Assembly (NCBI GenBank): GCA_963833095.1
Contig: CAWHWQ010000001.1
Location: 576,001 to 640,000, forward strand
Direction: 5' to 3'
DNA length: 64,000 nt
From: Vulcanimicrobiota bacterium
GTDB taxonomy: Bacteria > Vulcanimicrobiota > Vulcanimicrobiia > Vulcanimicrobiales > Vulcanimicrobiaceae
Below, one piece after another: positions 49,341 through 59,495 of this stretch. A model generated the notes under the pieces. The model saw only the letters and a program-made list of their open reading frames with translations, did not search any database and had not been told where the DNA came from. The position numbers and the translations under genes are program-made. The stretch's first letter is position 1, and each line of letters begins with the position of its first letter.

Positions 49341-50377
49341 TCGCTAACGATCGCCTTGGTAAGACCGCGTGGGGCATCGCTGTTGATACCGCGAGCTCGC
49401 GCAGCGTAGAGCGCAAGGAGTTGCGCGGTCACGAGCCACGCCAGCGTATTATAAGGGTCGTCAACTTGCGGCCCGAGTTGCGGTATGCCGTCAACGGTCG
49501 TCGTTCCGATGACGTAACGCAGCGCACCGCTCTTCTTTGCCTCGTGCAACGGACGGCCGACGATCTGGAGTGCGTCCCGATCCATGATGCCAAGAACGAC
49601 GCTCGAAGCATCGATCATCGCGGCGCTGCCGTGCCGGAATTCACCAGCTTCAAAACCCTCCGCGTGAAGATAGGTCGCTTCCTTGAATTTCAGCGCCGCT
49701 TCCCGGGCGATGGGCGCGCCGTAGTCGGTGCCCAGGACGATGATGTCGTGACGGCCGGCGATGGCAACGCCGGCACGAACGACCGCTTCGACCTCCGCGC
49801 CGTTCAGCCAGATATCGATTCGCTGCGCGGTTTGCACGAGGATATCCGCATCGCGCGTGTGCTCATGCGAAATCAGCGAGGCGGCCGAAAGCAGGATCGC
49901 GATCGTGCACGAGACGCTCTTGGTGGCCGGGATTGCAAGCTCAGGGCCGGCCCCGATGTCGATCGTCAGGTTCGCGCGCGCACCGAGCGGTGAATCGGCG
50001 GTATTCGTGAGCGCAATCGTGCGACGCGGTTGCAAAGCGTCAAGCGCCAGCAGCACGTCGCTCGAGCGGCCGCTCTGCGAAATCGCGACGACAACGCGGC
50101 CTTGATAGGCTTTTGCGTCGCCTTGCGCTTCGGTCGCCGCCACGGCGTGCGCGGTGATCCCGCGACGACGCAACGCAATTGCGCCGAGCTGCGCAGCAAA
50201 GAGTGAACTCCCGCTTCCGACCAGCAGCACTTCTCCTTCGAGAGCTTCCGCGAGACGCGCGGAGGCGTCGGAGCGCGCAACGCGCTCCCACGCCTTCGGC
50301 TGCTCGCGAATCTCGCGCTCGAAATTGAAGCCGGGGTCCACGGAGGGCTCGTTGCGACGAGCGGGCGAGCCACTCAT
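49337..50377 (-). CDS. SIS domain sugar-phosphate isomerase/deaminase (GlmS C-terminal-like)
   Basis: EIREQP, GSGSS, SQSG, EAALKFKE and PRGLTK; no glutaminase domain. Confidence 0.88.
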   Translation of the reverse strand: MSGSPARRNEPSVDPGFNFEREIREQPKAWERVARSDASARLAEALEGEVLLVGSGSSLFAAQLGAIALRRRGITAHAVAATEAQGDAKAYQGRVVVAISQSGRSSDVLLALDALQPRRTIALTNTADSPLGARANLTIDIGAGPELAIPATKSVSCTIAILLSAASLISHEHTRDADILVQTAQRIDIWLNGAEVEAVVRAGVAIAGRHDIIVLGTDYGAPIAREAALKFKEATYLHAEGFEAGEFRHGSAAMIDASSVVLGIMDRDALQIVGRPLHEAKKSGALRYVIGTTTVDGIPQLGPQVDDPYNTLAWLVTAQLLALYAARARGINSDAPRGLTKAIVSE

Positions 50378-50483
50378 GCTCTTGGCCGGAAATGTCCGTT
50401 ATTCGTCCGCGCCCTGCCTTCTTAAGGGGCACTTTATCCCGTAAGATTGAAGATAAATTTCCCTTCGTCCGAGGTAACATTTC

Positions 50484-51071
50484 ATGGCCGGTTCCGACCA
50501 CACGCGAAACGCTTTGCTGGTTATCGACATCCAAGATTCGTTCAAATCGATGCCGCGCTGGCAACATCGCAACAACCCCGCCTTTGAAGCGAACGTCCTG
50601 CGGCTCATTGACGCGTTCCACAACGCCGGCGAACCGGTCATCTATTTTCTGCACAGCGACGAGGACGAACACTTCAAGGTCGACCGCGCCGATTATCGGT
50701 TGATGGATTTTCTTGCGCCGCGCGCAGATGAGCCAATCCTTCACAAAACGTCGCGCAACTGTTTCACCAGCACCAACCTGCTGCAGCATCTTCTTCGACT
50801 TCACGTCGCTCGTTTGACCATTGCCGGGATTCAGACCGAGCAGTGCTGTGAGACGACCGCGCGGATCGCCGCCGACATGGGCTTCGAGATTGATTTTGTG
50901 ACGGAGGCCACGCTCACGTTTCCGATTCCCAAGACTTTAGAACCGGGCAGCGAGACGCTATCGGCAGATGACGTCGTGGATCGAACCGAGTACGCGTTGC
51001 GGCGCCGCTTCGCGCGCATCTGTACGGTCGATGATGTCGCTGCGGATCTGCCCGTTCGCGCGAACGCATGA
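50484..51071 (+). CDS. Isochorismatase/cysteine hydrolase family protein
   Basis: ALLVIDIQ, K..RNCF and GIQTEQCCETTAR. Confidence 0.9.
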   Translation: MAGSDHTRNALLVIDIQDSFKSMPRWQHRNNPAFEANVLRLIDAFHNAGEPVIYFLHSDEDEHFKVDRADYRLMDFLAPRADEPILHKTSRNCFTSTNLLQHLLRLHVARLTIAGIQTEQCCETTARIAADMGFEIDFVTEATLTFPIPKTLEPGSETLSADDVVDRTEYALRRRFARICTVDDVAADLPVRANA

Positions 51072-52013
51072 AGCGCGTCATATTCGTCGTCCCCGCCGGG
51101 GTCGAGCTTTTCGATCTCGCCGGTCCGGTACAAGTCTTTCACGAAGCCGCCGCCGCCGGGGCTGCGTATCGTCTGGTTTACGCGGCTGAATCGGAGCGCA
51201 TTTCGACCGAGCAGAAGCTCGGACTGTCTGGGCTCGCGCCGCTTCCACACGATGTGGGGAACAATGACCTGATCATCGTGTCGGGCCAGCTCCGCGCTGC
51301 GTCGCAGCATCTTAGCCCGCGACGGGTCGATGCGATCGCTCACGCATTGGCTGCGCGCAAGCTATGAAGCAGGCGCGACCGTAGCTTCGGTGTGCGTGGG
51401 CTCCTTCGCGCTCGCCGCTGCCGGATTGCTCGACGGGCGCAGTGCGACCACACACTGGAAGCGAGTCGACGAGTTGCAGCGCGCCTTTCCTCGCATCCTC
51501 GTCCAGCCAAATCGCCTCTTTGTTTTCGACGGGCGAATAGCGACGAGCGCAGGCGTCGCCTCGGGGGTCGATCTTGCGCTTGCGCTCGTAGAGCGCGGAG
51601 CCGGTTCCCGTATCGCGGCGAGCGTCGCGCGAGAGATGGTCGTGACCGCCCGCCGGCCCGGAGCCCACGAACAGCTCAGTCCGTTCTTTGCACTGCGCGA
51701 CCACACGTTCGCAGAAGTACACCTCGCGCAGGATTGGCTCGTTGAACACGCGGGCGAACCTTTTACGCTGGCTTCGTTGGCAGAGATTGCGGGCGTCAGC
51801 CAACGAACGTTGACGCGACAATTTCGCGCTGCGACAGGCAACAGCGTCAAGTCGTATGCCACCGCGCTTCGACTCGAACATGCACGGTCGCTACTGCACG
51901 ATCGCACGCTAACGGTTCAATCGGTCGCCGAGCGTTGTGGTTTCGCTGACGCCCGGCAACTCCGACGCCTGTGGCGCACGCATTTCGCGAACTCACCTTC
52001 AGCGGAGCGCTGA
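51068..52013 (+). pseudogene. GlxA-family (DJ-1 + AraC) regulator with one frameshift near 51310-51345
   Basis: DLAGPVQVF in the first frame; SVCVG, ATTHW, TSAGV and AraC HTH in the second. Confidence 0.85.
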
Positions 52014-52064
52014 CATGCGCTCGCTTGTCGTTTAGACTGTGACGGCGCCGGGAACGAAGACGCC

Positions 52065-53087
52065 ATGCTTGCTACGAGTGCAATGCTTGCGACGCCCGCA
52101 ATTTTTCATCTCGAACGCCTGTGCGCAGAACATGGGATCGTGCAATTCGCCTGCGGCGACGTTCCCGACGTCGATTCGGGCTTTTGCCTCGACGACAACG
52201 CACGTCTACTCGTACTTGCGCTCACGATCCGCCGCGAAGATCCGACCAGCAGGTTTGCAATCCGGGCCGGTAATACCGTCTTCAACTTCATCGCCGACGC
52301 GTCACGCGAGGCGCCCGTCTATCACAATATGATGGATCGTTACGGTGCCTTCACCGATCGCTTTGCATCGCCCGAGTCGATCGGTCGACTAATTCAAGCC
52401 CTTGGCCTCGTTCTACGCGACAGCGATGACTCGCGGTGGTGCGCGCTGGCAACGCTCGAGATGCGCCGCGCGATGGTCGCCTTGCCCGCACTTTCGTCGG
52501 AGCATGCGCGCGCATTTGCCGCGCTCGGCTTCGCGGCAGCGGTCGAAGGCGGCTTTCCGATGTACCGCGCACCGCTGCGCGCGGTCGCAGAGGGGATGCT
52601 CTTCGAACTCGAACGCAATGCACGCGGGAATTGGATTTGGCCGCTGGGGGAAATGAGCTACGACAACGGCCGTCTTCCCGAAGCATTGCTGCGCGCAGGA
52701 ACGGTCCTCAAGGATCAGACGCTTTTCGACGCCGGTCGCCATGCGCTAGAGTTCCTCGCGTCGGTCGTGCAGTCGAGCGATTTCTTCGAACCGATCGGCG
52801 CGCCGGGCTGGTATCCGCGCAGCGGCGAGCGGCCGCACTACGCTGAGCAGCCCCTCGAGGCGCTCGCAATGATGGACGCGTGGCTCGCCTTCGGCGACGT
52901 CGAGCGCGCGCGCGTGGCGTACGAATGGTATCTCGGGCGAAATCGCAACGGAATGATGGTCGCCGACGTCGCCACGGGCGGATGCCACGACGGAATCGAT
53001 GGGCCGCACCGCCTCAACGAATGCATGGGTGCGGAGAGCACGCTCGCGTATCAGCAAGCCGCCTGGACGATGCGCAAACTCTCGTAA
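52065..53087 (+). CDS. Glycosyltransferase-associated helical domain protein
   Basis: DDNAR, YDNGRL, W.LGRN, GGCHDG and GAESTLA motifs. Confidence 0.65.
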   Translation: MLATSAMLATPAIFHLERLCAEHGIVQFACGDVPDVDSGFCLDDNARLLVLALTIRREDPTSRFAIRAGNTVFNFIADASREAPVYHNMMDRYGAFTDRFASPESIGRLIQALGLVLRDSDDSRWCALATLEMRRAMVALPALSSEHARAFAALGFAAAVEGGFPMYRAPLRAVAEGMLFELERNARGNWIWPLGEMSYDNGRLPEALLRAGTVLKDQTLFDAGRHALEFLASVVQSSDFFEPIGAPGWYPRSGERPHYAEQPLEALAMMDAWLAFGDVERARVAYEWYLGRNRNGMMVADVATGGCHDGIDGPHRLNECMGAESTLAYQQAAWTMRKLS

Positions 53088-53133
53088 GGCCCGCTAACTC
53101 GTCAAAGCGGACGGGGGGTCGCCTGCGACGAAT

Positions 53134-53457
53134 TTGGTTACGGTGCTTGTACGAAATTTCAAAGCCCGTGCCACACCCGCGAACGCGCCAAAATACTATG
53201 CGTTCTTTCGCGACACGCTGGCGCCGCAACTCAGACAAATACCCGGCCACCGGGGTGCACTCGTATTGAGTGAAGCCAACGGCCCAGCCGTCTCGATCAC
53301 TGTTTTCACATTTTGGGAATCGATCGAATCGATCCGCGCGTTCGCCGGCGATACGCCGAACAAAGCGGTGGTCGAGCCAGAAGCGCGCGCTATCCTCGCC
53401 TCATTTGACGATGACGTCGAGCAACTCGTCGTCGAACTCGATACGACGCGCGATTAG
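53134..53457 (+). CDS. ABM-like dimeric alpha-beta barrel protein
   Basis: PGHRG and TFWESIESIRAFAG...AVV.PE. Confidence 0.75.
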   Translation: MVTVLVRNFKARATPANAPKYYAFFRDTLAPQLRQIPGHRGALVLSEANGPAVSITVFTFWESIESIRAFAGDTPNKAVVEPEARAILASFDDDVEQLVVELDTTRD

Positions 53458-53467
53458 GCGCTATCGT

Positions 53468-54892
53468 TCAGGGGGCAAGCACCGGAGACGGACGCGTACC
53501 GAGCCACGACGCTAGGTCGGTTTTCGTCGTGACATAGGCGCCGCTGTTGAGCTCTTCGCGGAATTCGCCGAAAAGCCCAAAGGCTTCCGCGAATGCATCA
53601 TGCTTGTGGATCGATTCGTAGTTGACCTGACTCGCGAAGACGAACGTGTCGTCGGGCAGATCGGCGTACATGTCGAGCGAGCGCGCAAGAATTCCGCGCA
53701 CCACGTCTTCGACGAACTTCGGATTGTGATGCGCCTTGTTGACGATGAAGAACTCGTCGGGGCGCTTTAGCAAGTCGTAGGTCTCGCTCGACATCGAACC
53801 CTCAACGATCTCGACCAAATCCTCGGCACGCACGACATCGGCAAAGCGCTCGTCGACACCGAGCAAAATCGCGCCGCGGCCACGTTGGTTGTGCGTGGCG
53901 ACCGGCAATGCATCCAGCGCGCGCTCCGCATCGGCTTCGGAGAAGCCGGATTCGATCAACTGATGCAGCGAGTGTTCGCGGACCATTTGCTGCGCGCACG
54001 GGCAGGCGGTCATGCCTTCGGCCTCGACGCCGACCACGCGACGGGTGCCGCGCTCGTCGGCGTGCGCGATGCCGACCAAGGTGTAGATCTCTTCGCCGCG
54101 CTTGCCCGAGACCGGCGTCCAGCGCTCGAGGCCGAAGTCGGCGCGCAACCGCACGTCGGCACGAATCGCGCGCTGGCTGCGCACGATCTCGCGGGCGATC
54201 GACTCGACCAGCCCTTCGATCCGCGCCGGCCCGGGCGAGGCAGCCAGCACGTCGAGCGTCGCCTCTTCTAAGATCTCCGAGAAACGCGACATATGCACGC
54301 CGGCTTTGTCGGGCGCGAGATCGGCGACCATCGTGAATTCGCCGTTGAAGACCCGCGGTTGTCCGTCGATCTCGAGCTGCACGATGCGCCGCACGTGCGA
54401 TACCCCCACACGGTTGAGGGAGAGGCGCACGTCGGGCAATTCTTCCTGACGATTGGCAACGAAGTGCAAACTGCGCGCGCGCCGGCGCGGCGCGGTGCTT
54501 CCGTTGCTCTGGACGAAGTGGGCGAACTGCGGTGCGATCTCAGCCAGCGGCACCGCGTTGTACGGGCGGTGCGCGAGCTTGGGATGGGTCCAGTCACCAA
54601 ACACGAGCAGGTCGATGTCGATGGGGCGCGCCTGCAGGCGCGCGTTGGAGATTCGGCCGACCGCAAGTTCGACCTCACGCGCGAGGCGTTCGAATTCGGG
54701 AAGATCAAGCTGCGTGTCGATCTGCGCCGCGACATTTAGAAAGGAGGGGCCGCCGGCGCCATCGGCCGGATCGCTCTCGTAGAACGATGAAACACGCTCG
54801 ATGCGCGCGAAAGCACGCAGGCGCTGCAGCGCAGCGAGGATGTTCGCTTGCCGGTCGCCGAGGTTCGAGCCGATCCCGATATAGACGTGCAC
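53468..54892 (-). CDS. folK-folE2: FolK (HPPK) fused to GTP cyclohydrolase FolE2/MptA
   Basis: N-terminal YIGIGSNLGDR, SSFYES, FLN, RPIDIDLL. C-terminal GVHMSRF, GMTACPCA, ATHNQRG, LLKRPDE, NPKFVED, ESIHKHDA. One uninterrupted frame. Confidence 0.88.
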   Translation of the reverse strand: MHVYIGIGSNLGDRQANILAALQRLRAFARIERVSSFYESDPADGAGGPSFLNVAAQIDTQLDLPEFERLAREVELAVGRISNARLQARPIDIDLLVFGDWTHPKLAHRPYNAVPLAEIAPQFAHFVQSNGSTAPRRRARSLHFVANRQEELPDVRLSLNRVGVSHVRRIVQLEIDGQPRVFNGEFTMVADLAPDKAGVHMSRFSEILEEATLDVLAASPGPARIEGLVESIAREIVRSQRAIRADVRLRADFGLERWTPVSGKRGEEIYTLVGIAHADERGTRRVVGVEAEGMTACPCAQQMVREHSLHQLIESGFSEADAERALDALPVATHNQRGRGAILLGVDERFADVVRAEDLVEIVEGSMSSETYDLLKRPDEFFIVNKAHHNPKFVEDVVRGILARSLDMYADLPDDTFVFASQVNYESIHKHDAFAEAFGLFGEFREELNSGAYVTTKTDLASWLGTRPSPVLAP

Positions 54893-54894
54893 GC

Positions 54895-55365
54895 TTACCG
54901 TTCTTGTAGCAGGGCCTCCGCCGTCGCACGCACCTGGTCGTCTTGCGAGTCGCCGACGATGACCTTCCGTAAGCGACCGTGGCGATCGAAGAAGAGTTGC
55001 GTCGGCCAGGCGTTGACGCCATACGCGTCCCACAGCGAGAACGTGTTATCGACGGCGACCGGCCAGACGATGCCTTGTTGTCGAAGGTTCTCCGTCACGT
55101 AGGCCCGTTGCTTCTCGGCCGGGGTCTCGGGCGTATGGATGCCGACGACCTCGAGCCCCTTGGGATGGTCGCTCGCGTAAAGCGAGCGAAGCGTGGGTAC
55201 GACATTGCGACAATTGAAGCAGTCGACGGTAAAAACGTCGAGGATCACGACCTTGCCGGCAAGCTCCGCGGCATTGACGCGAGCGCCGATCCAGTCCTTC
55301 GCAGCCAAAACCGGAGCAAGTGACGTCGTGGCGGCAAGGAGCACGAGTGCAGCAAGTTTGAACAT
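54895..55365 (-). CDS. Exported redoxin (TlpA-like)
   Basis: GKVVILDVFTVDCFNC, GIHTPE and WP. Confidence 0.85.
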   Translation of the reverse strand: MFKLAALVLLAATTSLAPVLAAKDWIGARVNAAELAGKVVILDVFTVDCFNCRNVVPTLRSLYASDHPKGLEVVGIHTPETPAEKQRAYVTENLRQQGIVWPVAVDNTFSLWDAYGVNAWPTQLFFDRHGRLRKVIVGDSQDDQVRATAEALLQER

Positions 55366-55414
55366 ATCTCAAGGTACGCCGCAACCGCGGCGGCGGATCA
55401 ATACTGGAGCCTGC

Positions 55415-56480
55415 GTGAGCAACGACTCAGTCTACCCCTTAGCCGTCGAACCCAAGGAGACCCCCGCCATTTGGGGCGGCGACGCTTTGGTCAAACGCTT
55501 CGGGAAAAAGGCCGATCCGAACGCGAAGATCGGCGAGTCGTGGGAGTGTTGGGACGAAAACCCCGTACTCAACGGTTCGCTGGCCGGTAAGACGATTGCC
55601 GCCTTGCGCGCGCAGCTTGGCGCGACGTTGCTCGGCGATCTCGATCCGCAGCAGATCTTTCCGATTCTCACCAAGATCATCGACGCGCAAGACGCGCTCT
55701 CGGTGCAGGTGCATCCCGACGACGCCTATGCGCAGCGCGTGGAACATCAGCACAACGGCAAGACCGAGTGCTGGTACATTCTCGCGGCGAACGACGGCGC
55801 CGAACTCGTATACGGCTGGACGCGCGACACGACGCGCGAGGAGTACGAACGCCGCGTGGCCGACGGAACACTGGGCGACATTTTGCGCCGCGTGCCGGTC
55901 AAAGCGGGCGAGACGTATTATCTTGCCGGCCGGAACGCTGCACGCGATCGGCGCAGGCATCATCCTGTTCGAAACGCAGCAGGCCAGCGACTTGACTTAT
56001 CGCATCTTCGATTGGAATCGCGTCGGTGCCGACGGCAAGCCGCGCGAACTGCACGTCAAGAAGGCCGCGGATGTTCTTGACTATCACCAGGGCACGCACG
56101 CTGCCGCCGAAACGATTGCCTATCACTATGAAGGGCTCGAGCGCACGGCGCTGATCGGAAGCAGTCGCTTCATCGTGGAGCGCGTCGTCGCGACCGACGA
56201 GGCGGCCTCACTGGAGACCTCGGGACGCCCGGCGATCCTGATGACGCTCGATCACCCGATGACCCTGCGTGTAGGGGACGCAGCGCTCGATCTCGACCGC
56301 TATCAAACAGCGCTCGTGCCGGCGGCAGCGCAGTGGTACACAGTCTCGGCGGTCAACGGCCGCGAAGCGCCGTTTATGCTCGTCGCGCCACCCAAGAGCA
56401 CCGAGACTATGACGGTGCGGCTTCTCGCGGCCGGCATAGAACAAGACCGCATCGATCGCTTCATGGCGCAATTCACATGA
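55415..56480 (+). pseudogene. manA: Type I mannose-6-phosphate isomerase with one frameshift near 55925
   Basis: IWGG, GESW, LSVQVHP and KTECWY, then PAGTLHAIG and DLTYRIFDW in the next frame. Confidence 0.88.
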
Positions 56481-57661
56481 TGACGATCGCCGGTGAGCGC
56501 GTCGATGCGCTGGCCGAACGCTTCGGCACGCCGCTGCTCGCAGTCGATCTCGACGTGCTCGATAGGGCCCTCGATGCGATGCTGGCTGCAGCATCGCCGC
56601 ACGACATTGCGATCTCGTACGCAGCGAAGGCCCTCTTACTACCGGGGCTTGTTCTTCATTTGCACGATCGCCCAATCGGCATCGACGTGTGTTCGATCGG
56701 CGAACTCGCGGTCGCGGAACACGCCGGCTTTGAAGCGTGGCGCATGACGCTGCACGGCGCGGGCAAGACTCCTGAAGAACACGAGACGGCACTCGAGGGT
56801 CGCGTCGGCCGCATCGTGATCGACGGGATGGACGAGTTGCGCCGGTTCGTGGCGCGCGTGAACGGACGCAGCGCCGAGGTGCTGCTGCGTTTCAATACCG
56901 GCATCGAGGCGCACACCCACGATTTTATTCGCACGGCCGGCGATCGCAGCAAGTTCGGCTTCGCGCCGGGCGAAGCCGACGAGGCGTTCGCGCTGCTGCG
57001 CGAGCAACCGTCGCTACGCGTACGTGGCGTTCACGGGCATATCGGCTCGCAAATTTACGACGCGATGCCATACGTCGAGAACGCGCGGCGCTTAATCGAA
57101 CTGCTGCATCGCATGCGTGCAGCGGGATTTGCCGAGGCGAATATCATCATCATCGGCGGTGGCTTCGGCGTGCAGATGCGTCCGGATGCAAAGGATGAGG
57201 CCATCGATATCGCGGGGACGCTGGACGCAGTGGCAAGAATCGTTCCAACAGATATTCAAGTCGAAATCGAACCCGGACGCGCGCTGATCGCCGCAGCCGG
57301 GACGTCTATCTACCGTGTGATGGCGGTCAAGCGCTTCGAGGGGCGGCGCTTTGTGATCGTCGACGGCAGTATGGCCGACAATCCGCGCCCCGCGTTGTAT
57401 GGCGCGTATCATCATTTCGAAGCCGTCGAGCCGCGCACGCCGCTTGCACCGGCGATGGTCTGCGGCCGTTCGTGCGAAGCCGACGAACTCGGCGAAGCCA
57501 TGCTGCCCGAAGATCTAAGTGCCGGCGATCTCGTCGCGATGCGGACGACCGGCGCGTATACTTACAGCATGTCGAGCAACTACAATCGCTTCCCGCGCCC
57601 GCCGGTCATCGCCGTCGGCGCAGAGGAGCGGCAGATTTGGGCAAACCGAGAGACGCTCTAG
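56477..57661 (+). CDS. lysA: Diaminopimelate decarboxylase
   Basis: FGTPL, YAAKA, SKFG, HIGSQI, EPGR, DNPRPALY, CEAD and GAY...MSSNYN. Confidence 0.93.
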   Translation: MMTIAGERVDALAERFGTPLLAVDLDVLDRALDAMLAAASPHDIAISYAAKALLLPGLVLHLHDRPIGIDVCSIGELAVAEHAGFEAWRMTLHGAGKTPEEHETALEGRVGRIVIDGMDELRRFVARVNGRSAEVLLRFNTGIEAHTHDFIRTAGDRSKFGFAPGEADEAFALLREQPSLRVRGVHGHIGSQIYDAMPYVENARRLIELLHRMRAAGFAEANIIIIGGGFGVQMRPDAKDEAIDIAGTLDAVARIVPTDIQVEIEPGRALIAAAGTSIYRVMAVKRFEGRRFVIVDGSMADNPRPALYGAYHHFEAVEPRTPLAPAMVCGRSCEADELGEAMLPEDLSAGDLVAMRTTGAYTYSMSSNYNRFPRPPVIAVGAEERQIWANRETL

Positions 57662-57762
57662 AGCGAAAGCTAGGGCGCCACGCGCCACACAAGTGTGGTC
57701 GGCAAAATCGACTTGCACAACGCTTGCGGTGAGTGCCGCGGTTGCGAACGAGTTGAGAAGCT

Positions 57763-58032
57763 CTACTCCCACATCACTTCATCGACGTAGCAATATTTCC
57801 AATCTTCGCCGCGCTCGACCGAACGCATGATCGGATGGTGCGTGGACTGGAAGTGTTTGGTCGCGTGCTTGTGCAGCGAGGAGTCGCAGCACCCGACGTG
57901 GCCGCATTCTAGGCACTCGCGTAGATGGACCCAGGTCGAGCCGATCTTGAGGCACTCCTCGCAGCCGTTGGCGCTGGGTTTGACGTCGCGGACGGTCTGC
58001 GGATTCGCGTGAGAACAGGGGCCTTGGTCCAT
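57763..58032 (-). CDS. UBP-type zinc finger protein
   Basis: CEEC..WVHLRECLECGHVGCCDSS..KHATKH. Confidence 0.92.
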   Translation of the reverse strand: MDQGPCSHANPQTVRDVKPSANGCEECLKIGSTWVHLRECLECGHVGCCDSSLHKHATKHFQSTHHPIMRSVERGEDWKYCYVDEVMWE

Positions 58033-58041
58033 GGTATCCTC

Positions 58042-58542
58042 TCAGTGTGCCGAGGTGCTCGGCGCGCTATGCCACACGGTCCCGTCGACATATTTAACGT
58101 AGATGACGGTGCCGTTCATCGTGGAGTGCTGACCGGCATAGTAGAGGTCGAGGGCGTCGTCGATTTTGCCCTTGAACGGACGGCACTCCTTCTTCGTCCC
58201 ATCGATCGCGGCACCTGGCGAAAACATGCCTGAGATTGTCAGCTCGTCCGCACCGACGATATCACCGATCGCGTCGACATATGAAAAACGGAATTCGACT
58301 GCGGTGGCAGTTTGCCGCGAGACGTTGGTAAACGCAGCACACTCGTAGGGTGGGTCGAGCACCGTAGGCCGATAGCTGTTCGAGAAGACGCCGTTGTCGT
58401 AGTACTGCACGGTATTGAGCCCATAAATAGCATCGATCTGAATTCCCGACGCGGCGTTCTGCACCGCGACGCCGTGGAAGACGTCGAGCCGTTCGTAGAC
58501 ACGCGACGTCATGATCAGCGCCAGCAGCGGTTGCAGGATCAT
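58042..58542 (-). CDS. Hypothetical exported protein
   Basis: AAAGGA SD; F.NVS...ATAVEF and VKYVDGTVW. Confidence 0.65.
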   Translation of the reverse strand: MILQPLLALIMTSRVYERLDVFHGVAVQNAASGIQIDAIYGLNTVQYYDNGVFSNSYRPTVLDPPYECAAFTNVSRQTATAVEFRFSYVDAIGDIVGADELTISGMFSPGAAIDGTKKECRPFKGKIDDALDLYYAGQHSTMNGTVIYVKYVDGTVWHSAPSTSAH

Positions 58543-58556
58543 GCTATCCTTTCCAT

Positions 58557-59495
58557 ATGTCGTATCCTATGCTCAGCCCGCTTCCCTACGCAGACTGGAC
58601 TCCGACGCTGACCACCTTGCACCTGATGAGCCAGATCGTCGGAAAGATTCGTCTGGGCCATGTGCCGTACCGCTCGCACTGGTGGAATGTGACGCTGCTA
58701 CCTACCGCTCGAGGACTCTCGACCGGCCGCATGCGCAAGGGCACGACGTTCTTCCAAATCGATTTCGATTTCGTCGATCATCACCTGGTGGTCAGCGCGA
58801 ATACCGCGCACGAGCCGGCGATCATCCCGTTGCGCGACGGCCTAAGCGTGGCCGAATTCTATGAAACGATCATGAAAGCGCTCGCCGCATTCGGGATTGA
58901 CGCGACGATCGTCGACAAGCCGTACGGCATGGGCGTGGATATCCCGTTCAGCGTCGATCGCGACCACGAATCGTACGATCGCGTGATGGTACGGCGCTGG
59001 TGGGAGATCATTCTGTGGAGCGCCGACGTCTTCGATCAATATGCCAGCGACTTCATCGGCAAGGAAAGCCCGGCGCACTTGTTCTGGCACAGCTTTGACC
59101 TTGCCATCGCGCGCTATTCCGGACGCCCAGCGAACAAACCGCCCAGCGACAACCCCGTCGAGCAAGAGGCCTATTCGCAAGAAGTGATCGCGGTCGGCTT
59201 TTGGCCCGGCGATCCCAACACGCCGGCCCCGACCTACTACACCTACACCGCGCCCGAACCGGCGGCACTCACCTCGATGCCGCTCGCGCCGGTGCAGGCG
59301 GCGTGGTTTCCATCGGGATCAGGACACATCGGCGCCCTTCCCTACGACACCGTGCGCACCGCAGCCGACCCTCGCGCGACGTTGCTCGAGTTCATGCACG
59401 CGGGATTCAACGCCGGGACAAAGGCCGCAAATTGGCCCGACTTCCCCAAGCACGTGCCGTACTGCGATACGCTCTATCGCGCCGACGTTAAATAA
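58557..59495 (+). CDS. DUF5996 family protein
   Basis: TLHL..QIVGKIRL, HWWNVTL, HLFWHSFDLA, EAYSQE and GFWPG. Confidence 0.8.
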   Translation: MSYPMLSPLPYADWTPTLTTLHLMSQIVGKIRLGHVPYRSHWWNVTLLPTARGLSTGRMRKGTTFFQIDFDFVDHHLVVSANTAHEPAIIPLRDGLSVAEFYETIMKALAAFGIDATIVDKPYGMGVDIPFSVDRDHESYDRVMVRRWWEIILWSADVFDQYASDFIGKESPAHLFWHSFDLAIARYSGRPANKPPSDNPVEQEAYSQEVIAVGFWPGDPNTPAPTYYTYTAPEPAALTSMPLAPVQAAWFPSGSGHIGALPYDTVRTAADPRATLLEFMHAGFNAGTKAANWPDFPKHVPYCDTLYRADVK

